Positions 1 through 9,462 of a DNA stretch of 64,000 nt are shown here, piece after piece; within the stretch, counting starts at the first letter, position 1; every line of letters begins with the position of its first letter. The DNA comes from an uncultured delta proteobacterium. Lineage in GTDB: Bacteria > Desulfobacterota > Desulfuromonadia > Geobacterales > DSM-12255. The DNA is taken from the NCBI GenBank assembly GCA_963787125.1, contig CAWBBV010000007.1:32001-96000 (forward strand), in the 5' to 3' direction. Under the pieces are notes generated by a model. The model was not told the origin of the DNA. It made no database searches and saw only the letters and a program-made list of their open reading frames with translations. A program made the translations under genes and the position numbers.

Positions 1-516
1 TGCTCTGATAGTTGAACCGGTTTCCGTTACCTCGACAATAGCATCACACAGGCCATCAACTACTTTTGCTTCAGTTGCACCCCAGGAAAATTCGACAGTA
101 ACCGGGATCTCTCTTTCTGCAAAGTAACGTTTAGTGAAGCCCACGAGTTCGGTAGATATTGTGGCACCACGAAGGTCTTCCGGCTTCTGAACAGGTGAAT
201 CCTGGGCAACAACGAGAACCCAGCGCACAGGGCGACGAGAAACTTTTGAATAGACCATCTCACAGACTTCAACAACATCGGAATCGTTTTCGCGGATCCA
301 GTCACGCCCGGCGATTCCGACATCAATGGTGCCGCGTTCCACGTATTTACCCATCTCCTGTGGCCGGATAAGTTTGCAATTCATCTCATCATCATCAACG
401 CCGGGGAAATAGCTGCGAGAAGAGATGCTGACCTTCCAACCTGCTTTTTTGAAAAGCTCGACAGTTGCATCTTCCAGGCTCCCTTTCGGGATGCCGAAGT
501 TGAGGATATTACTCAT
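1..516 (-). CDS. hisG: ATP phosphoribosyltransferase (runs off the window start)
   Basis: Not in the ORF track. The minus strand from ATG at 516 reads [38 protein letters not shown], a HisG N-terminus; it overlaps the hisI stop (ATGA). Confidence 0.9.
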   Translation of the reverse strand, partial: MSNILNFGIPKGSLEDATVELFKKAGWKVSISSRSYFPGVDDDEMNCKLIRPQEMGKYVERGTIDVGIAGRDWIRENDSDVVEVCEMVYSKVSRRPVRWVLVVAQDSPVQKPEDLRGATISTELVGFTKRYFAEREIPVTVEFSWGATEAKVVDGLCDAIVEVTETGSTIRA

Positions 517-890
517 TTTTTGTATACCTCCGCCGGATCAAATAGTGGCTTGGAGTTTTCAACCCAGGCACCGTTTTCCCATTTAACATAAAAACAGCTT
601 CTGTTTCCTGTATGACAGGCAGCCGGACCGTTCTGCTTGACCCTGATAACAACCGAGTCAGCATCACAGTCAGTGTAAGCTTCAACAACTTCCTGGGTAT
701 TGCCGGACTCTTCGCCTTTCATCCAGTATTTGTTGCGCGTGCGGCTGAAAAACCAGGTCTTGCCCGTTTCCAGGGTCAGATTGAGGGTCTTTTCATCCAT
801 AAAAGCGACCATAAGCACGTCACCGCTAACGTGATCCTGAATTATGGCCGGGATTAAGCCACCCATTTTAGCAAAATCGATTTTTATCAT
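513..890 (-). CDS. hisI: phosphoribosyl-AMP cyclohydrolase
   Basis: Motifs [33 protein letters not shown]; start moved to ATG 890 after a GGAGG RBS. Confidence 0.95.
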   Translation of the reverse strand: MIKIDFAKMGGLIPAIIQDHVSGDVLMVAFMDEKTLNLTLETGKTWFFSRTRNKYWMKGEESGNTQEVVEAYTDCDADSVVIRVKQNGPAACHTGNRSCFYVKWENGAWVENSKPLFDPAEVYKK

Positions 891-903
891 TAATTCCTCC
901 CGT

Positions 904-940
904 AAAAAAGGCGGCACAGGAAATCCCGCGCCGCCTTCCC
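904..940 (-). terminator. intrinsic terminator after rplI
   Basis: Minus strand AAGGCGGCGCGGGA-TT-TCCTGTGCCGCC followed by TTTTTT. Confidence 0.75.
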
Positions 941-961
941 AAGCCTGCTATCAAAGTCTTG

Positions 962-1408
962 TTACTCTGCCTTGCTAACAACCACTTTAAGGGTGGCAGT
1001 CACTTCAGGGTGAATCTTGATAGATACGGAGTATTCACCGGTATGCTTGATCGGGTCAGCAAGAGCGATTTTTTTACGGTCGACCTCAATGCCCTGAGCT
1101 TTCAACTGTTCAGCCAGTTCCATGTTTGTTACGGAGCCGAAAAGCTTACCTTCTTCACCTGACTGATGAACGAGATTGAGGACAATGCCTTCGATTTTTG
1201 CAGCAAAAGCTTTTGCCTGCTCAAGCATCTTGTTTTTCTTGTACTCAAGCTGTCTTTTGGCATGCTCCATAGCTTTGGTATTTTTCTCATTTGCCAGCAT
1301 GACAAAACCTTTGGGGATCAAGAAGTTACGCGCATAGCCAGGTGCAACTTTAACAATATCGCCGATGTGTCCGAGGTTTTCCAGGTTTTCGAGCAGAATT
1401 ACTTTCAT
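962..1408 (-). CDS. rplI: 50S ribosomal protein L9
   Basis: MKVILLENLENLGHIGDIVKVAPGYARNFLIPKG and GKLFGSVT; GGAGG RBS before ATG 1408. Confidence 0.97.
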   Translation of the reverse strand: MKVILLENLENLGHIGDIVKVAPGYARNFLIPKGFVMLANEKNTKAMEHAKRQLEYKKNKMLEQAKAFAAKIEGIVLNLVHQSGEEGKLFGSVTNMELAEQLKAQGIEVDRKKIALADPIKHTGEYSVSIKIHPEVTATLKVVVSKAE

Positions 1409-1424
1409 TTTTCCTCCAGCCTGT

Positions 1425-2369
1425 TTACAGGTTTTTTTGTTTTGGGGTACGAAAATTCCCCCATGTGTCGAATAAGCCAAGAATTACGATTGCCAGAACC
1501 AGGTAAGGCTGGAATGCAAGAGCCAGCCAAAAAATTATTCTCGCCAGAGAAGGGACTGAAATACGCTGAAAAAAAGTCAGTAAAACAGCCAATCCTTGAA
1601 TAAAATAGGTAAAGCCAAGCACGATGAGTAGATTAAGTGCAACTCTACTGATATCAGGCTGGGAAAGCATCAGGGCAAAGCCAGCTGAGATTACCGCCCA
1701 GACGAGAATATCGGGATTTCTAAACGTTTGTAAACGACCCGGTTCAGGAATGTTGGGCAGCCATTTTGCCCTTAGCCTGAATATTAGCGCCATGTTGACA
1801 GTTGCAAAAGATGCAAGTGCAACCAGGGCCAGCGCCGGGAAAATCTTCGCAATGAGATCTCCAGCCTGTCTTACCCCCTGGGTAAAAAACTGCAGTTCTT
1901 CAGGGGTTAACCCCTGCTTGCCATAAACAGTTATTGCCTGCTCGGTACTGCTCTTGATCCCTTTGACGAGGGAGCCCTGTAGGTCAGCACCTGCCCAAAG
2001 AATGTAAGCGGCAGCGAAAACAGCTATCAGGATAACATTGATGCCAACAGCGTAGGCAATTGACCTTGCTGAACCTTTTCCCTGCAGATAAAAAAGCGGC
2101 AGCAAAAGCCCGATCAGACCGGTCTGCAGGAGGTAAAGAAGGGGGACAGTGGTGTCCCCCATAATAATAAGTACAGTCAGGGTTATTACAAAAACGGAAA
2201 GGCCGACAACCGCTCCCCTCTTACAGTAATAATAGATTGAGGGGATAGGAGCAAAAATGCCGGCTGCAAGACCTAATACCGGAAATGTAATGTACGCCAG
2301 GAAGAGCGCCAGAGTCAGCACCCCGCCTTTGACTGCATCTAAAAGCAGTTCTTTGCCGGGCAGACTCAT
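1425..2369 (-). CDS. YybS/DUF2232-family membrane protein
   Basis: Polytopic hydrophobic protein between rpsR and rplI; C-terminal YFIQGLAV...LGLFDTWGNFR motif. Confidence 0.85.
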   Translation of the reverse strand: MSLPGKELLLDAVKGGVLTLALFLAYITFPVLGLAAGIFAPIPSIYYYCKRGAVVGLSVFVITLTVLIIMGDTTVPLLYLLQTGLIGLLLPLFYLQGKGSARSIAYAVGINVILIAVFAAAYILWAGADLQGSLVKGIKSSTEQAITVYGKQGLTPEELQFFTQGVRQAGDLIAKIFPALALVALASFATVNMALIFRLRAKWLPNIPEPGRLQTFRNPDILVWAVISAGFALMLSQPDISRVALNLLIVLGFTYFIQGLAVLLTFFQRISVPSLARIIFWLALAFQPYLVLAIVILGLFDTWGNFRTPKQKNL

Positions 2370-2383
2370 CTTCGCAGTGACCT

Positions 2384-2659
2384 CTATGGCAGAACGTGAG
2401 TGCCGGCGATCGGAAGCAGGGCAATGTTTCTGGCCCGTTTGATTGCTTCTGTTATCTCTCGCTGGTGCTTGGAGCAGTTCCCGGAAATTCTGCGTGGAAC
2501 AATCTTGCCGCGTTCAGTTATAAAGTAGCGGAGGGTGCGGGGATCCTTGTAGTCAATGGTTACCTGTTTGTCGGCGCAGAAGCGGCATACTTTTCTCCGC
2601 TGAAAAGGTCTTTTCTTCCTTGGCCCGCTCGGGCGCTGTGAACTTCTTTCGTCACTCAT
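2384..2659 (-). CDS. rpsR: 30S ribosomal protein S18
   Basis: RRKVCRFC...IDYKD...[19 protein letters not shown]...AIKRAR (Zn-binding C+ type). Confidence 0.97.
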   Translation of the reverse strand: MSDERSSQRPSGPRKKRPFQRRKVCRFCADKQVTIDYKDPRTLRYFITERGKIVPRRISGNCSKHQREITEAIKRARNIALLPIAGTHVLP

Positions 2660-2680
2660 TTTATATATGCCTCCGTCAGT

Positions 2681-3052
2681 TTACTCGTTTTCAGATGCGG
2701 TTTCCTCTGAAGGAACCGTCTCTTCGGCCTCTACCGGGATTTCCGGTGCAGCAGTGATTGTGTCCTTGTCCAGCTTGACTGTCTGGTAACGGATTACCCG
2801 GTCGTCAAGGCGGAGACGACGCTCCAGCTCAGCAATCAGTGCGGCATCCCCGTCAGAACGGAGATACATGTAGCGGCCACGGGCTACCTTGTTAATCGGG
2901 TAGGCAAGTTTGCGAACCCCCCAGTCTTCAAGTTTCCTGACTTCACCATTCATCTTTGCGATGGCTTCGTTGATTCTGGTTGTGAGAGCTTTGTTCTCGT
3001 CTTCAGCCAGATCAGGTTTGACGATATAGATCGTCTCGTACATCCTGCTCAT
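2681..3052 (-). CDS. rpsF: 30S ribosomal protein S6
   Basis: MYETIYIVKPDL...EDWGVRKLAYPI...VIRY; AAGGAGG RBS before ATG 3052. Confidence 0.96.
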   Translation of the reverse strand: MSRMYETIYIVKPDLAEDENKALTTRINEAIAKMNGEVRKLEDWGVRKLAYPINKVARGRYMYLRSDGDAALIAELERRLRLDDRVIRYQTVKLDKDTITAAPEIPVEAEETVPSEETASENE

Positions 3053-3060
3053 CTTTATAA

Positions 3061-3132
3061 CCTCCTTACGGTTTGTGTGTTTCACAGTTTCCAGCGAAAC
3101 AGATAGCCCCGGTCCCACCCGGAGCAAGGAGA
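3061..3132 (-). ncRNA. S6:S18 ribosomal-protein leader (cis-regulatory RNA)
   Basis: mRNA CUCCUUGC can pair with GUAAGGAG containing the rpsF SD, with CC immediately 5' of the SD strand and an inner stem; matches the described S6:S18 autoregulatory motif. Confidence 0.7.
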
Positions 3133-3291
3133 GGCAGCCCCAATAGCTGCTCGTAGGAAATTTAACTTAATATCACATAGTTTGTCTTGATACAAGAAAA
3201 TTCAGATAGCTATTTGAAGTTTGCATAAGCATCCCTCTGCTGATACATTTCATTTCTTTTTAGAATTTTGCAGACAGCAGGGGGCCATTCC

Positions 3292-3558
3292 ATGTTTGAT
3301 CAAAACAGTGATCTCGGTGCAGCACTCTTTAGTACCTGGACTGAGAAACAGCGCATTGACGAAATAGAGAAGCTGGTACAGGGTTATCGAGGTGGAGTGC
3401 CGGTCGGCATCCTCTGCAAAATGGCGGAGACGATAGCCGGCAACCAAAAGAAAGCCGCAAAAATCCTTAAAAAAATTCTTACGGCTGAAGAACGTCAATT
3501 GGCGATAAAATCTGCTGAAGGTGGCATGCAGCCGCTGGTAAAATCTTTTCTGGAGTAA
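3292..3558 (+). CDS. conserved hypothetical protein
   Basis: 88-aa ORF with purine-rich RBS, directly upstream of the RluA-family gene; no recognised domain. Confidence 0.7.
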   Translation: MFDQNSDLGAALFSTWTEKQRIDEIEKLVQGYRGGVPVGILCKMAETIAGNQKKAAKILKKILTAEERQLAIKSAEGGMQPLVKSFLE

Positions 3559-3563
3559 ACTAA

Positions 3564-4493
3564 ATGCTAACTTTTACAATTGCCACTGCCGATCACTGCC
3601 GTCAGGTGGAAAGTTTCCTCAACAATCTCATGCCTGGTGCAACCAGAGGTTATATGCAGAAACTCGTAAGAGGGGGGCATGTCCTGCTAAACGGGGCAGC
3701 AACCAGTCCTGAACAGCTTCTTAAAGTTAATGATACTCTGACTCTTAAGGAGAGTCGCAGAAGCGCAGAGCTTACCAGAGAGACGCGGCCGGTTGTTGAT
3801 ATACTCTATGAGGATGACATGATAGCTGTTGTCAATAAGGAGCCGGGTCGGGCTGTCCATAACACTGCCGAGGATACCGGGCCAGACCTTGTGCTGCACT
3901 GTGAAAGCTATATGGAGCGCAGGGGAACTCCCTGCAAACTCAGACCAGTAAACAGGCTTGATCGCGGCACATCAGGTGCAGTCATCCTTGCAAAAAGTCC
4001 GACCGCTGCCGGCATTCTTGGCCGGTTTATCAGGGAGGAGGGGCTGGGCAAAATATACCTTGCAGTCGTTATGGGGCAAGTTGACAGCAAAGGTGAGATT
4101 GATCTGCCGCTGGAGGGGAAAGAGTCCCTGACTCGCTTTGAGAGAATCTTTCAGGGACGCTACGACGCAGTTGTAGCTGTTTATCCGGTGACAGGGCGTA
4201 CGCACCAGATCCGGAAACATTTCAGCAGTTGCGGGCATCCGGTTGTGGGTGACAAGCGCTATGGCGGTATTGTGGTCAAGGGTCTTGGCGGCCATGCTCT
4301 CCATGCATTGGCAGTGGCATTTCCTCATCCAATGACAGAATCGGCGCTGACGGTATATGCGCCGCTCCCTGAGGGGCTGATATCGCTGCTGCAGCAGATT
4401 ACCGGGGAGAGTTATCAGGCATTTCTGGCAGAGCTGCCGAAGCTTGGAATTGATAAGGAAGTGTCTTCCCTTGCAAGTTTCTCAGAGGAATAA
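3564..4493 (+). CDS. RluA-family pseudouridine synthase with S4-like N-terminus
   Basis: VVNKEPG, NRLDRGTSG, TGRTHQIRKH, GHPVVGDKRYG motifs. Confidence 0.93.
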   Translation: MLTFTIATADHCRQVESFLNNLMPGATRGYMQKLVRGGHVLLNGAATSPEQLLKVNDTLTLKESRRSAELTRETRPVVDILYEDDMIAVVNKEPGRAVHNTAEDTGPDLVLHCESYMERRGTPCKLRPVNRLDRGTSGAVILAKSPTAAGILGRFIREEGLGKIYLAVVMGQVDSKGEIDLPLEGKESLTRFERIFQGRYDAVVAVYPVTGRTHQIRKHFSSCGHPVVGDKRYGGIVVKGLGGHALHALAVAFPHPMTESALTVYAPLPEGLISLLQQITGESYQAFLAELPKLGIDKEVSSLASFSEE

Positions 4494-4498
4494 GCGGA

Positions 4499-5917
4499 TC
4501 AGCGTCCTTCTCGCCGCTTACGCATGTACGCCAGATATTGCTGCCCCTCTTTCAGTAGTTTCTTCCGCTCAACACTGTTCACGATCATCCTGCCGATGCT
4601 GCGGAGGATATATTTAGGCCGGAAATAGAATTTGTTGTAGAACTCCTCGACGGAATTGAAGATTTCGCTGCTGGAGAGGTCGGGATAGCTGATTGTGCAC
4701 TGCTGGTGGCCTGAACCGTCAAGGAAAGCGTCAGAGGTGATCCAGCCATTTTCGATACAGAGATCGTAGAACTCTGTCCCGGGGTAGGGCGAGGCGATCG
4801 ACGCCTGAACGGAGTTAAGGTCGAGCTGGATGGCAAATTTGATTGTTTCGGCAATGGTCTCGCGGGTCTCGCCCGGAAGTCCCATGATAAAGGCTCCATG
4901 GATCGATAGACCGAGTTTCTGACAGTCTTTGGTAAAGCGCAGTGCCTGCTGCTTGGTTATTCCTTTTTTTATATTCTTTAAAATCCCGTCATTGCCAGAT
5001 TCATAGCCGACAACAACGTGCCGTAGGCCTGCTTCACGCATGATCTGCAGTGTACCGTAATCGCAGTTTGCCCTGGCGTTTATCGTCCAGGAGATGCCGA
5101 GCGGTTTCAGCAGCCTTGCAATCTCCCGGGCGTGGGCAACATTAGCGGTGAAGGTGTCATCGTCGAAGGAGATCTCTTTGGTTTGGGGAATATTTTCGAC
5201 TATCCACTTTACCTCTTCAAAAACGTTTTGTGGCGAGCGACAGCGCATTGAACGACCGGAAAAGGTCTGTGGCCAGAGACAGTAGATGCAGCGGGACGGG
5301 CAGCCACGGCTGGAGTATATCGATACGTAGGGGTGACGGAAGTGAGGTATGATATATTCATTAACCGGCAGGTCGCGGCTGTAAACTCTGGATGCAAAGG
5401 GTAGAGCATCAAGATTGGCTATTGGCTGGCGCTCAGGAGTATGAACGATGTCAAAGCCTCTCTTGAAACTGATACCGTCAACCCGTTCCCAATCTACCCC
5501 TTCACAAAGCTCTTTTATGGAGTAGTCGAATTCACCGCGACAGATTATGTCGACCGCGCCATTAGCCTGTCTGAGTGACTCTTCCGGCAGGACCGAGACA
5601 TGCGGCCCGACCAGAACTGTCACAATATTGGTGCGTTGCGCTTTGATGGCTCTGGCAGTATCGATGTCAATGGCGAGAGTCGGTGTGGAGGTGTACATGA
5701 CAACCATGTCAAACTCTTTGGTAATTTCAAGGCAGGCGGCAAGATCAAAGCGCTGCACAGGAGCATCCACAACCTTTGAACCGGGTATCATCCCGGCAGG
5801 ATAGCAAAGCCAGGTTGGGTACCAGAAAGAGGTGACTTCGCGGGAAGCCTGGTAGCGCGCGCCGGCGCCGCCGTCAAAATCTTCAAAAGTCGGAGGGTTA
5901 AGAAATAGAGGCTTCAC
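4499..5917 (-). CDS. hpnJ: hopanoid biosynthesis-associated B12-binding radical SAM protein
   Basis: N-terminal LFLNPPTFEDFDGGAGARYQASREVTSFWYPTWL characteristic of HpnJ; SRGCPSRCIYC CxxxCxxC motif. Confidence 0.9.
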   Translation of the reverse strand: MKPLFLNPPTFEDFDGGAGARYQASREVTSFWYPTWLCYPAGMIPGSKVVDAPVQRFDLAACLEITKEFDMVVMYTSTPTLAIDIDTARAIKAQRTNIVTVLVGPHVSVLPEESLRQANGAVDIICRGEFDYSIKELCEGVDWERVDGISFKRGFDIVHTPERQPIANLDALPFASRVYSRDLPVNEYIIPHFRHPYVSIYSSRGCPSRCIYCLWPQTFSGRSMRCRSPQNVFEEVKWIVENIPQTKEISFDDDTFTANVAHAREIARLLKPLGISWTINARANCDYGTLQIMREAGLRHVVVGYESGNDGILKNIKKGITKQQALRFTKDCQKLGLSIHGAFIMGLPGETRETIAETIKFAIQLDLNSVQASIASPYPGTEFYDLCIENGWITSDAFLDGSGHQQCTISYPDLSSSEIFNSVEEFYNKFYFRPKYILRSIGRMIVNSVERKKLLKEGQQYLAYMRKRREGR

Positions 5918-6177
5918 AGCAGGTTGTCCACGCGGACAAAACGCTCTCCGGACTTCCGGTAGATCTCTTCCGGCAGGAGAGAAGCTGCAGATAGAAGTGG
6001 CTCAATCTGCTCACGGTCTGCGGATGCATAACGGATGGCCAGACCGCAGTCTGAGCTGAGGGCCCGCGGAGCAGGGATCAACAGCATGGGCAGCTTCTCT
6101 GTTTTGAGGAGTTTCTCAGCTTTCATGACCTTGTGAACCGAATTGAAAATTGCGACATAATCGCCTTCATGTACCAT
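5914..6177 (-). CDS. DUF3343-family protein
   Basis: FNSVHKVMKAEKLLK...LIPAPRALSSDCGLAI motif. Confidence 0.85.
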   Translation of the reverse strand: MVHEGDYVAIFNSVHKVMKAEKLLKTEKLPMLLIPAPRALSSDCGLAIRYASADREQIEPLLSAASLLPEEIYRKSGERFVRVDNLL

Positions 6178-6240
6178 CTTGTTTCCCTGTCAGTATAAGT
6201 AGGATTGACATTGCCCTGATTAGGAGCTTACTATATTCGG

Positions 6241-6498
6241 ATGAATATGCCTGTTCTGCTCATCGGCCTGATTGCTCTGGCTATCATCGTGAATCTTCCC
6301 CTTGGCTACCTTCGTCAGGCCGTGCAAAAATTCAGCTTTGCCTGGTACTTTTATATCCATATCAGCATCCCTTTAATCATATACCTCAGAATCAAGTCAG
6401 GATACAGCTGGAAATTCATTCCTCTTACCATCGGTGGGGCTGTTATTGGCCAGATCGCCGGTGCCAGGATCAGAAGAAAGCGGGATGCTGATGGCTGA
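6241..6498 (+). CDS. small hypothetical membrane protein
   Basis: Three hydrophobic segments; NLPLGYLR...KFSFAWYFYIHISIP. Confidence 0.75.
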   Translation: MNMPVLLIGLIALAIIVNLPLGYLRQAVQKFSFAWYFYIHISIPLIIYLRIKSGYSWKFIPLTIGGAVIGQIAGARIRRKRDADG

Positions 6499-6973
6499 AA
6501 AACGCCCGAAAATGAAACGGCCGCTGCCGCTGGCCTCGCTTCTGGAGTCGGTTTTTGCCGGCACGCCTGCACAGAAACGGCTCAGAGAAGCAAAAGCCTG
6601 GCAGTTCTGGAGCGAAGCGGTCGGAGATCATATCGCCAGTAAGGCCACTCCTGTTGCTTTCAGGGAGGGAACGCTGACTGTCCGGGTCTCCGGTTCTGCC
6701 TGGATGCAGCAGCTCTCCATGATGAAGCTGGATATAATCTCCCGGCTGAACTGCGCCATAGGTGAGCCGCTGGTAAACGATCTTTTCTTTAAGCAGGGGG
6801 TTATACAGCACAATTCTGATAATACCTCTGCAGCTAATGTCCAGAAACGAATTCTCTCCGACTTAGAGGTGAAGCTGCTAAAGGAGCGCACGGCCGGGAT
6901 TGCTGACCCTGAACTCCGTGATGCCTTCATTGCGCTCTTCTCATCCCAGCTTGCTGTTTCTCCCCGTAGATAG
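6491..6973 (+). CDS. DUF721/DciA-family protein
   Basis: WSEAVGDHIA..ATPVAFREGTLTVRVSGSAWMQQL...IISRLN, DciA-type signature. Confidence 0.85.
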   Translation: MAEKRPKMKRPLPLASLLESVFAGTPAQKRLREAKAWQFWSEAVGDHIASKATPVAFREGTLTVRVSGSAWMQQLSMMKLDIISRLNCAIGEPLVNDLFFKQGVIQHNSDNTSAANVQKRILSDLEVKLLKERTAGIADPELRDAFIALFSSQLAVSPRR

Positions 6974-7823
6974 AATCCTTTACCACGATAGGCGGCAGTA
7001 CCTCAAGCGCACTTTTTTTACCTTTCAATAGTTCCAGCATAAACATTCTTGCCGGCAGTGAAAAGTCTCCATGAACCATCTGCAGCCTTGCCGGGGAGAG
7101 TTTGAGCTGGAGTGACAAAGCGAGCAGTTCTGCAAGTCTCTCCGGATGATAGATGAAACAGATACTCCCCCCGGGTTTAACCATCTTTTTCGCTATTGAG
7201 AGAAAGTCGGCAAGTGTTGCAGTTGACTCGTGTCTGGCAATGTCGCGTCCTGCTTTTGGACTTACTTTGCCTTCTCCCGGACGTCTGTAAGGCGGATTGC
7301 CCATGACAAGGTCGAAGCTGTCGGCGCGGTACTTTTGGGGTAGATGCAAGATATCTGTCTCTACAACAGTGACCCCTCCGGAAAGATTATTGTCAACGAC
7401 ATTGCGGCGGGCGATTTCCGCCATCAGCGGCGAAACTTCCACTGCTGCAATGGTTGCCCGCGAATTTTTACGCGCCATAATCAGGGCGATGACGCCGCAG
7501 CCAGCGCCAAGATCAAGAATCTCGGCTTTTCCGCCGGGAGCAAAATCAGTTAGGAGCAGCGGGTCGAGCGAGAACCGGTAGCCGGATTTTGGCTGGATAA
7601 TTTTCAGATCGAAATCGCGGAGATAATCTACTGTCTCATCAGCACCGCATTCAGGCTGATTCTTGCGATTAACCTCATCATAAAGCGCTATCTGCTCAGC
7701 TATTGAGAGCTTCTTTTTGCAGCAGCTGTCTGACCGTAAGCAGAGCGCGCAACGGTCATCACTGCACCATTGGCAGAAGGTGCAGTCCGGGCAGGGGTGT
7801 TTTTTAAGATCAGTAGACGACAT
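6927..7823 (-). CDS. tRNA1(Val) A37-N6 methyltransferase (TrmN6/YfiC-like) with N-terminal Cys-rich extension
   Basis: IIQPKSGYRFSLDPLLL, LDLGAGCG (SAM motif I), GNPPY, IARHE; ATG 7823 overlaps the upstream gene end. Confidence 0.88.
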   Translation of the reverse strand: MSSTDLKKHPCPDCTFCQWCSDDRCALCLRSDSCCKKKLSIAEQIALYDEVNRKNQPECGADETVDYLRDFDLKIIQPKSGYRFSLDPLLLTDFAPGGKAEILDLGAGCGVIALIMARKNSRATIAAVEVSPLMAEIARRNVVDNNLSGGVTVVETDILHLPQKYRADSFDLVMGNPPYRRPGEGKVSPKAGRDIARHESTATLADFLSIAKKMVKPGGSICFIYHPERLAELLALSLQLKLSPARLQMVHGDFSLPARMFMLELLKGKKSALEVLPPIVVKDSIYGEKQQAGMRRAQ

Positions 7824-8598
7824 TTCGCTTCGGAGCGGTACCGGCAAGAACAGCGGCAAAACTTTTCCCCTGGTCAACATTTATCAGCAGGTAGCGTGGC
7901 AGCTTCATGACATTATCTGCAGCGGTAGCATGGCGCCGCTCAATGGTGAAGGTGCCCGTATACCCGGCGGCTGCCGCCCTTTTGAGAAGATCATCATCGT
8001 AAATGCCGAACGGCCAGGCCAGCAGATCAACAGTAACCCCGAGCTCTTTGTTGATTTTATCTTTAGCTTTTAACAGCTGACTTGATACCAGCTTGTCAAA
8101 ATCGGCTGGCTTGAGTTTTTTACGTTCCCTCTTGAAATTAGGGTGCCAGTAGGTATGTGACTGGAAATCAAAGAGGCCGCTTTGCTTGAGCTCCCGCAGT
8201 TGATCCCAGGTCATGGCGTATTTTGCATTGGATACGGCTGACGGGTAGATGAAGATTGTCACCGGCACATTGTATTTTTTTGCCAGGGGGTACATATCAG
8301 AATAGACTGTTTTGTGGGCATCATCTTCGACAATCACCACCGACTTTGGCGCCGGGGCCGGGCCTTTTTTCTGATACCAGTCAACAAGCTTGCGCAGCGG
8401 GATAACTTTATAGCCGTTATCCCTGAGATATTTGAGATGTTCCTCGAATACCGAAGTTTTGATTGTCATGCCGTCTGCCACGGTTGGACCGAAACGGTGA
8501 TACAGCAGTATCGGTACATTTACGTCTGCTTGGGCTGCGTGGGAGTCAGGGGTGATAAAGAAAAAAAACAAAAACAGAAGAATCGCGCGGTTGAACAT
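7810..8598 (-). CDS. secreted polysaccharide deacetylase (CE4/NodB family)
   Basis: Signal peptide; PILLYHRF, VIVEDDAH, FQSHTYWHP, LAWPFG. Confidence 0.9.
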   Translation of the reverse strand: MFNRAILLFLFFFFITPDSHAAQADVNVPILLYHRFGPTVADGMTIKTSVFEEHLKYLRDNGYKVIPLRKLVDWYQKKGPAPAPKSVVIVEDDAHKTVYSDMYPLAKKYNVPVTIFIYPSAVSNAKYAMTWDQLRELKQSGLFDFQSHTYWHPNFKRERKKLKPADFDKLVSSQLLKAKDKINKELGVTVDLLAWPFGIYDDDLLKRAAAAGYTGTFTIERRHATAADNVMKLPRYLLINVDQGKSFAAVLAGTAPKRNVVY

Positions 8599-8681
8599 CT
8601 ACAGTAAAACCTCCTTAAAAAGCAGTTACAATCAAGACTGCCGTTTGTTTGCCGGTTGATGGGTTATATTTATGAAAGGGG

Positions 8682-9452
8682 TTACCTGAACACAATAAAC
8701 ATCTTGGTTATAAAGAAGTCTGACACGAGGATGAAGACCGATGCCAGGACCACTGTCCGCTTGACAGCGACACCGACACCTTCTGCGCCTCCAGAGACTC
8801 TGAGCCCGACGTGACAGGCGATCATAACGATAAGAAAGCCGAAAAAGGCGGGTTTGGCAAGCCCTTCGATGAGATCCTGAAACTTCATGAATTGCGGCAA
8901 CGATTTCCAGTACATCAGCGGACTGATATGATAGCCGGAGGCGATGATGTAGCCTCCTGAAATCGCAATGGTATCAGTCACAACCGCCAATAGCGGCATG
9001 GCAATCAGCATCGCTTTGAGTCGGGTCGTCACGAGTCTCTTGACGATATCTGTGCCTTCAACCCGCATCGCATCTACCTGTTCAGTTACAATCATTGTGC
9101 CCAGCTCTGCTGTGATGGCAGAGCCGACCCGGCCGGCTACCATAAGGGATGAAAGTACCGGCCCAAGTTCTTTGATCATCGTTACTGCCACCATTCCGCC
9201 GACATAGCTGGTGGCAGCAAACGGTTTGAGCTGGATCAGCGCCTGCAGAGCCATGACCATGCCGGTGAATAGCCCTGTCAGGCAGACTATGAAGAGGGAG
9301 CCGACGCCGATTTTGTCCAGCTGGGTGATAAACTCACGGTAGTAAAGCGGACGTGAAAATATGTTGGCAATAGCCTTGATTGCCAGTTTGGCAACGGCCT
9401 GAAGTTCGGCCAGGAAGAAAAGAATTTTCTGTTCGGTATATCGTATCGGCAT
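8682..9452 (-). CDS. mlaE: MlaE-family ABC permease
   Basis: KELGPVLSSLMVAGRVGSAITAELGTM..TEQVDAM motif. Confidence 0.9.
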   Translation of the reverse strand: MPIRYTEQKILFFLAELQAVAKLAIKAIANIFSRPLYYREFITQLDKIGVGSLFIVCLTGLFTGMVMALQALIQLKPFAATSYVGGMVAVTMIKELGPVLSSLMVAGRVGSAITAELGTMIVTEQVDAMRVEGTDIVKRLVTTRLKAMLIAMPLLAVVTDTIAISGGYIIASGYHISPLMYWKSLPQFMKFQDLIEGLAKPAFFGFLIVMIACHVGLRVSGGAEGVGVAVKRTVVLASVFILVSDFFITKMFIVFR

Positions 9453-9462
9453 GGTCTCTTCC

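Noticed and set aside
2660..2680. Absence of ssb/priB between rpsF and rpsR
   Set aside because: A common arrangement in this lineage as far as I recall; not informative.
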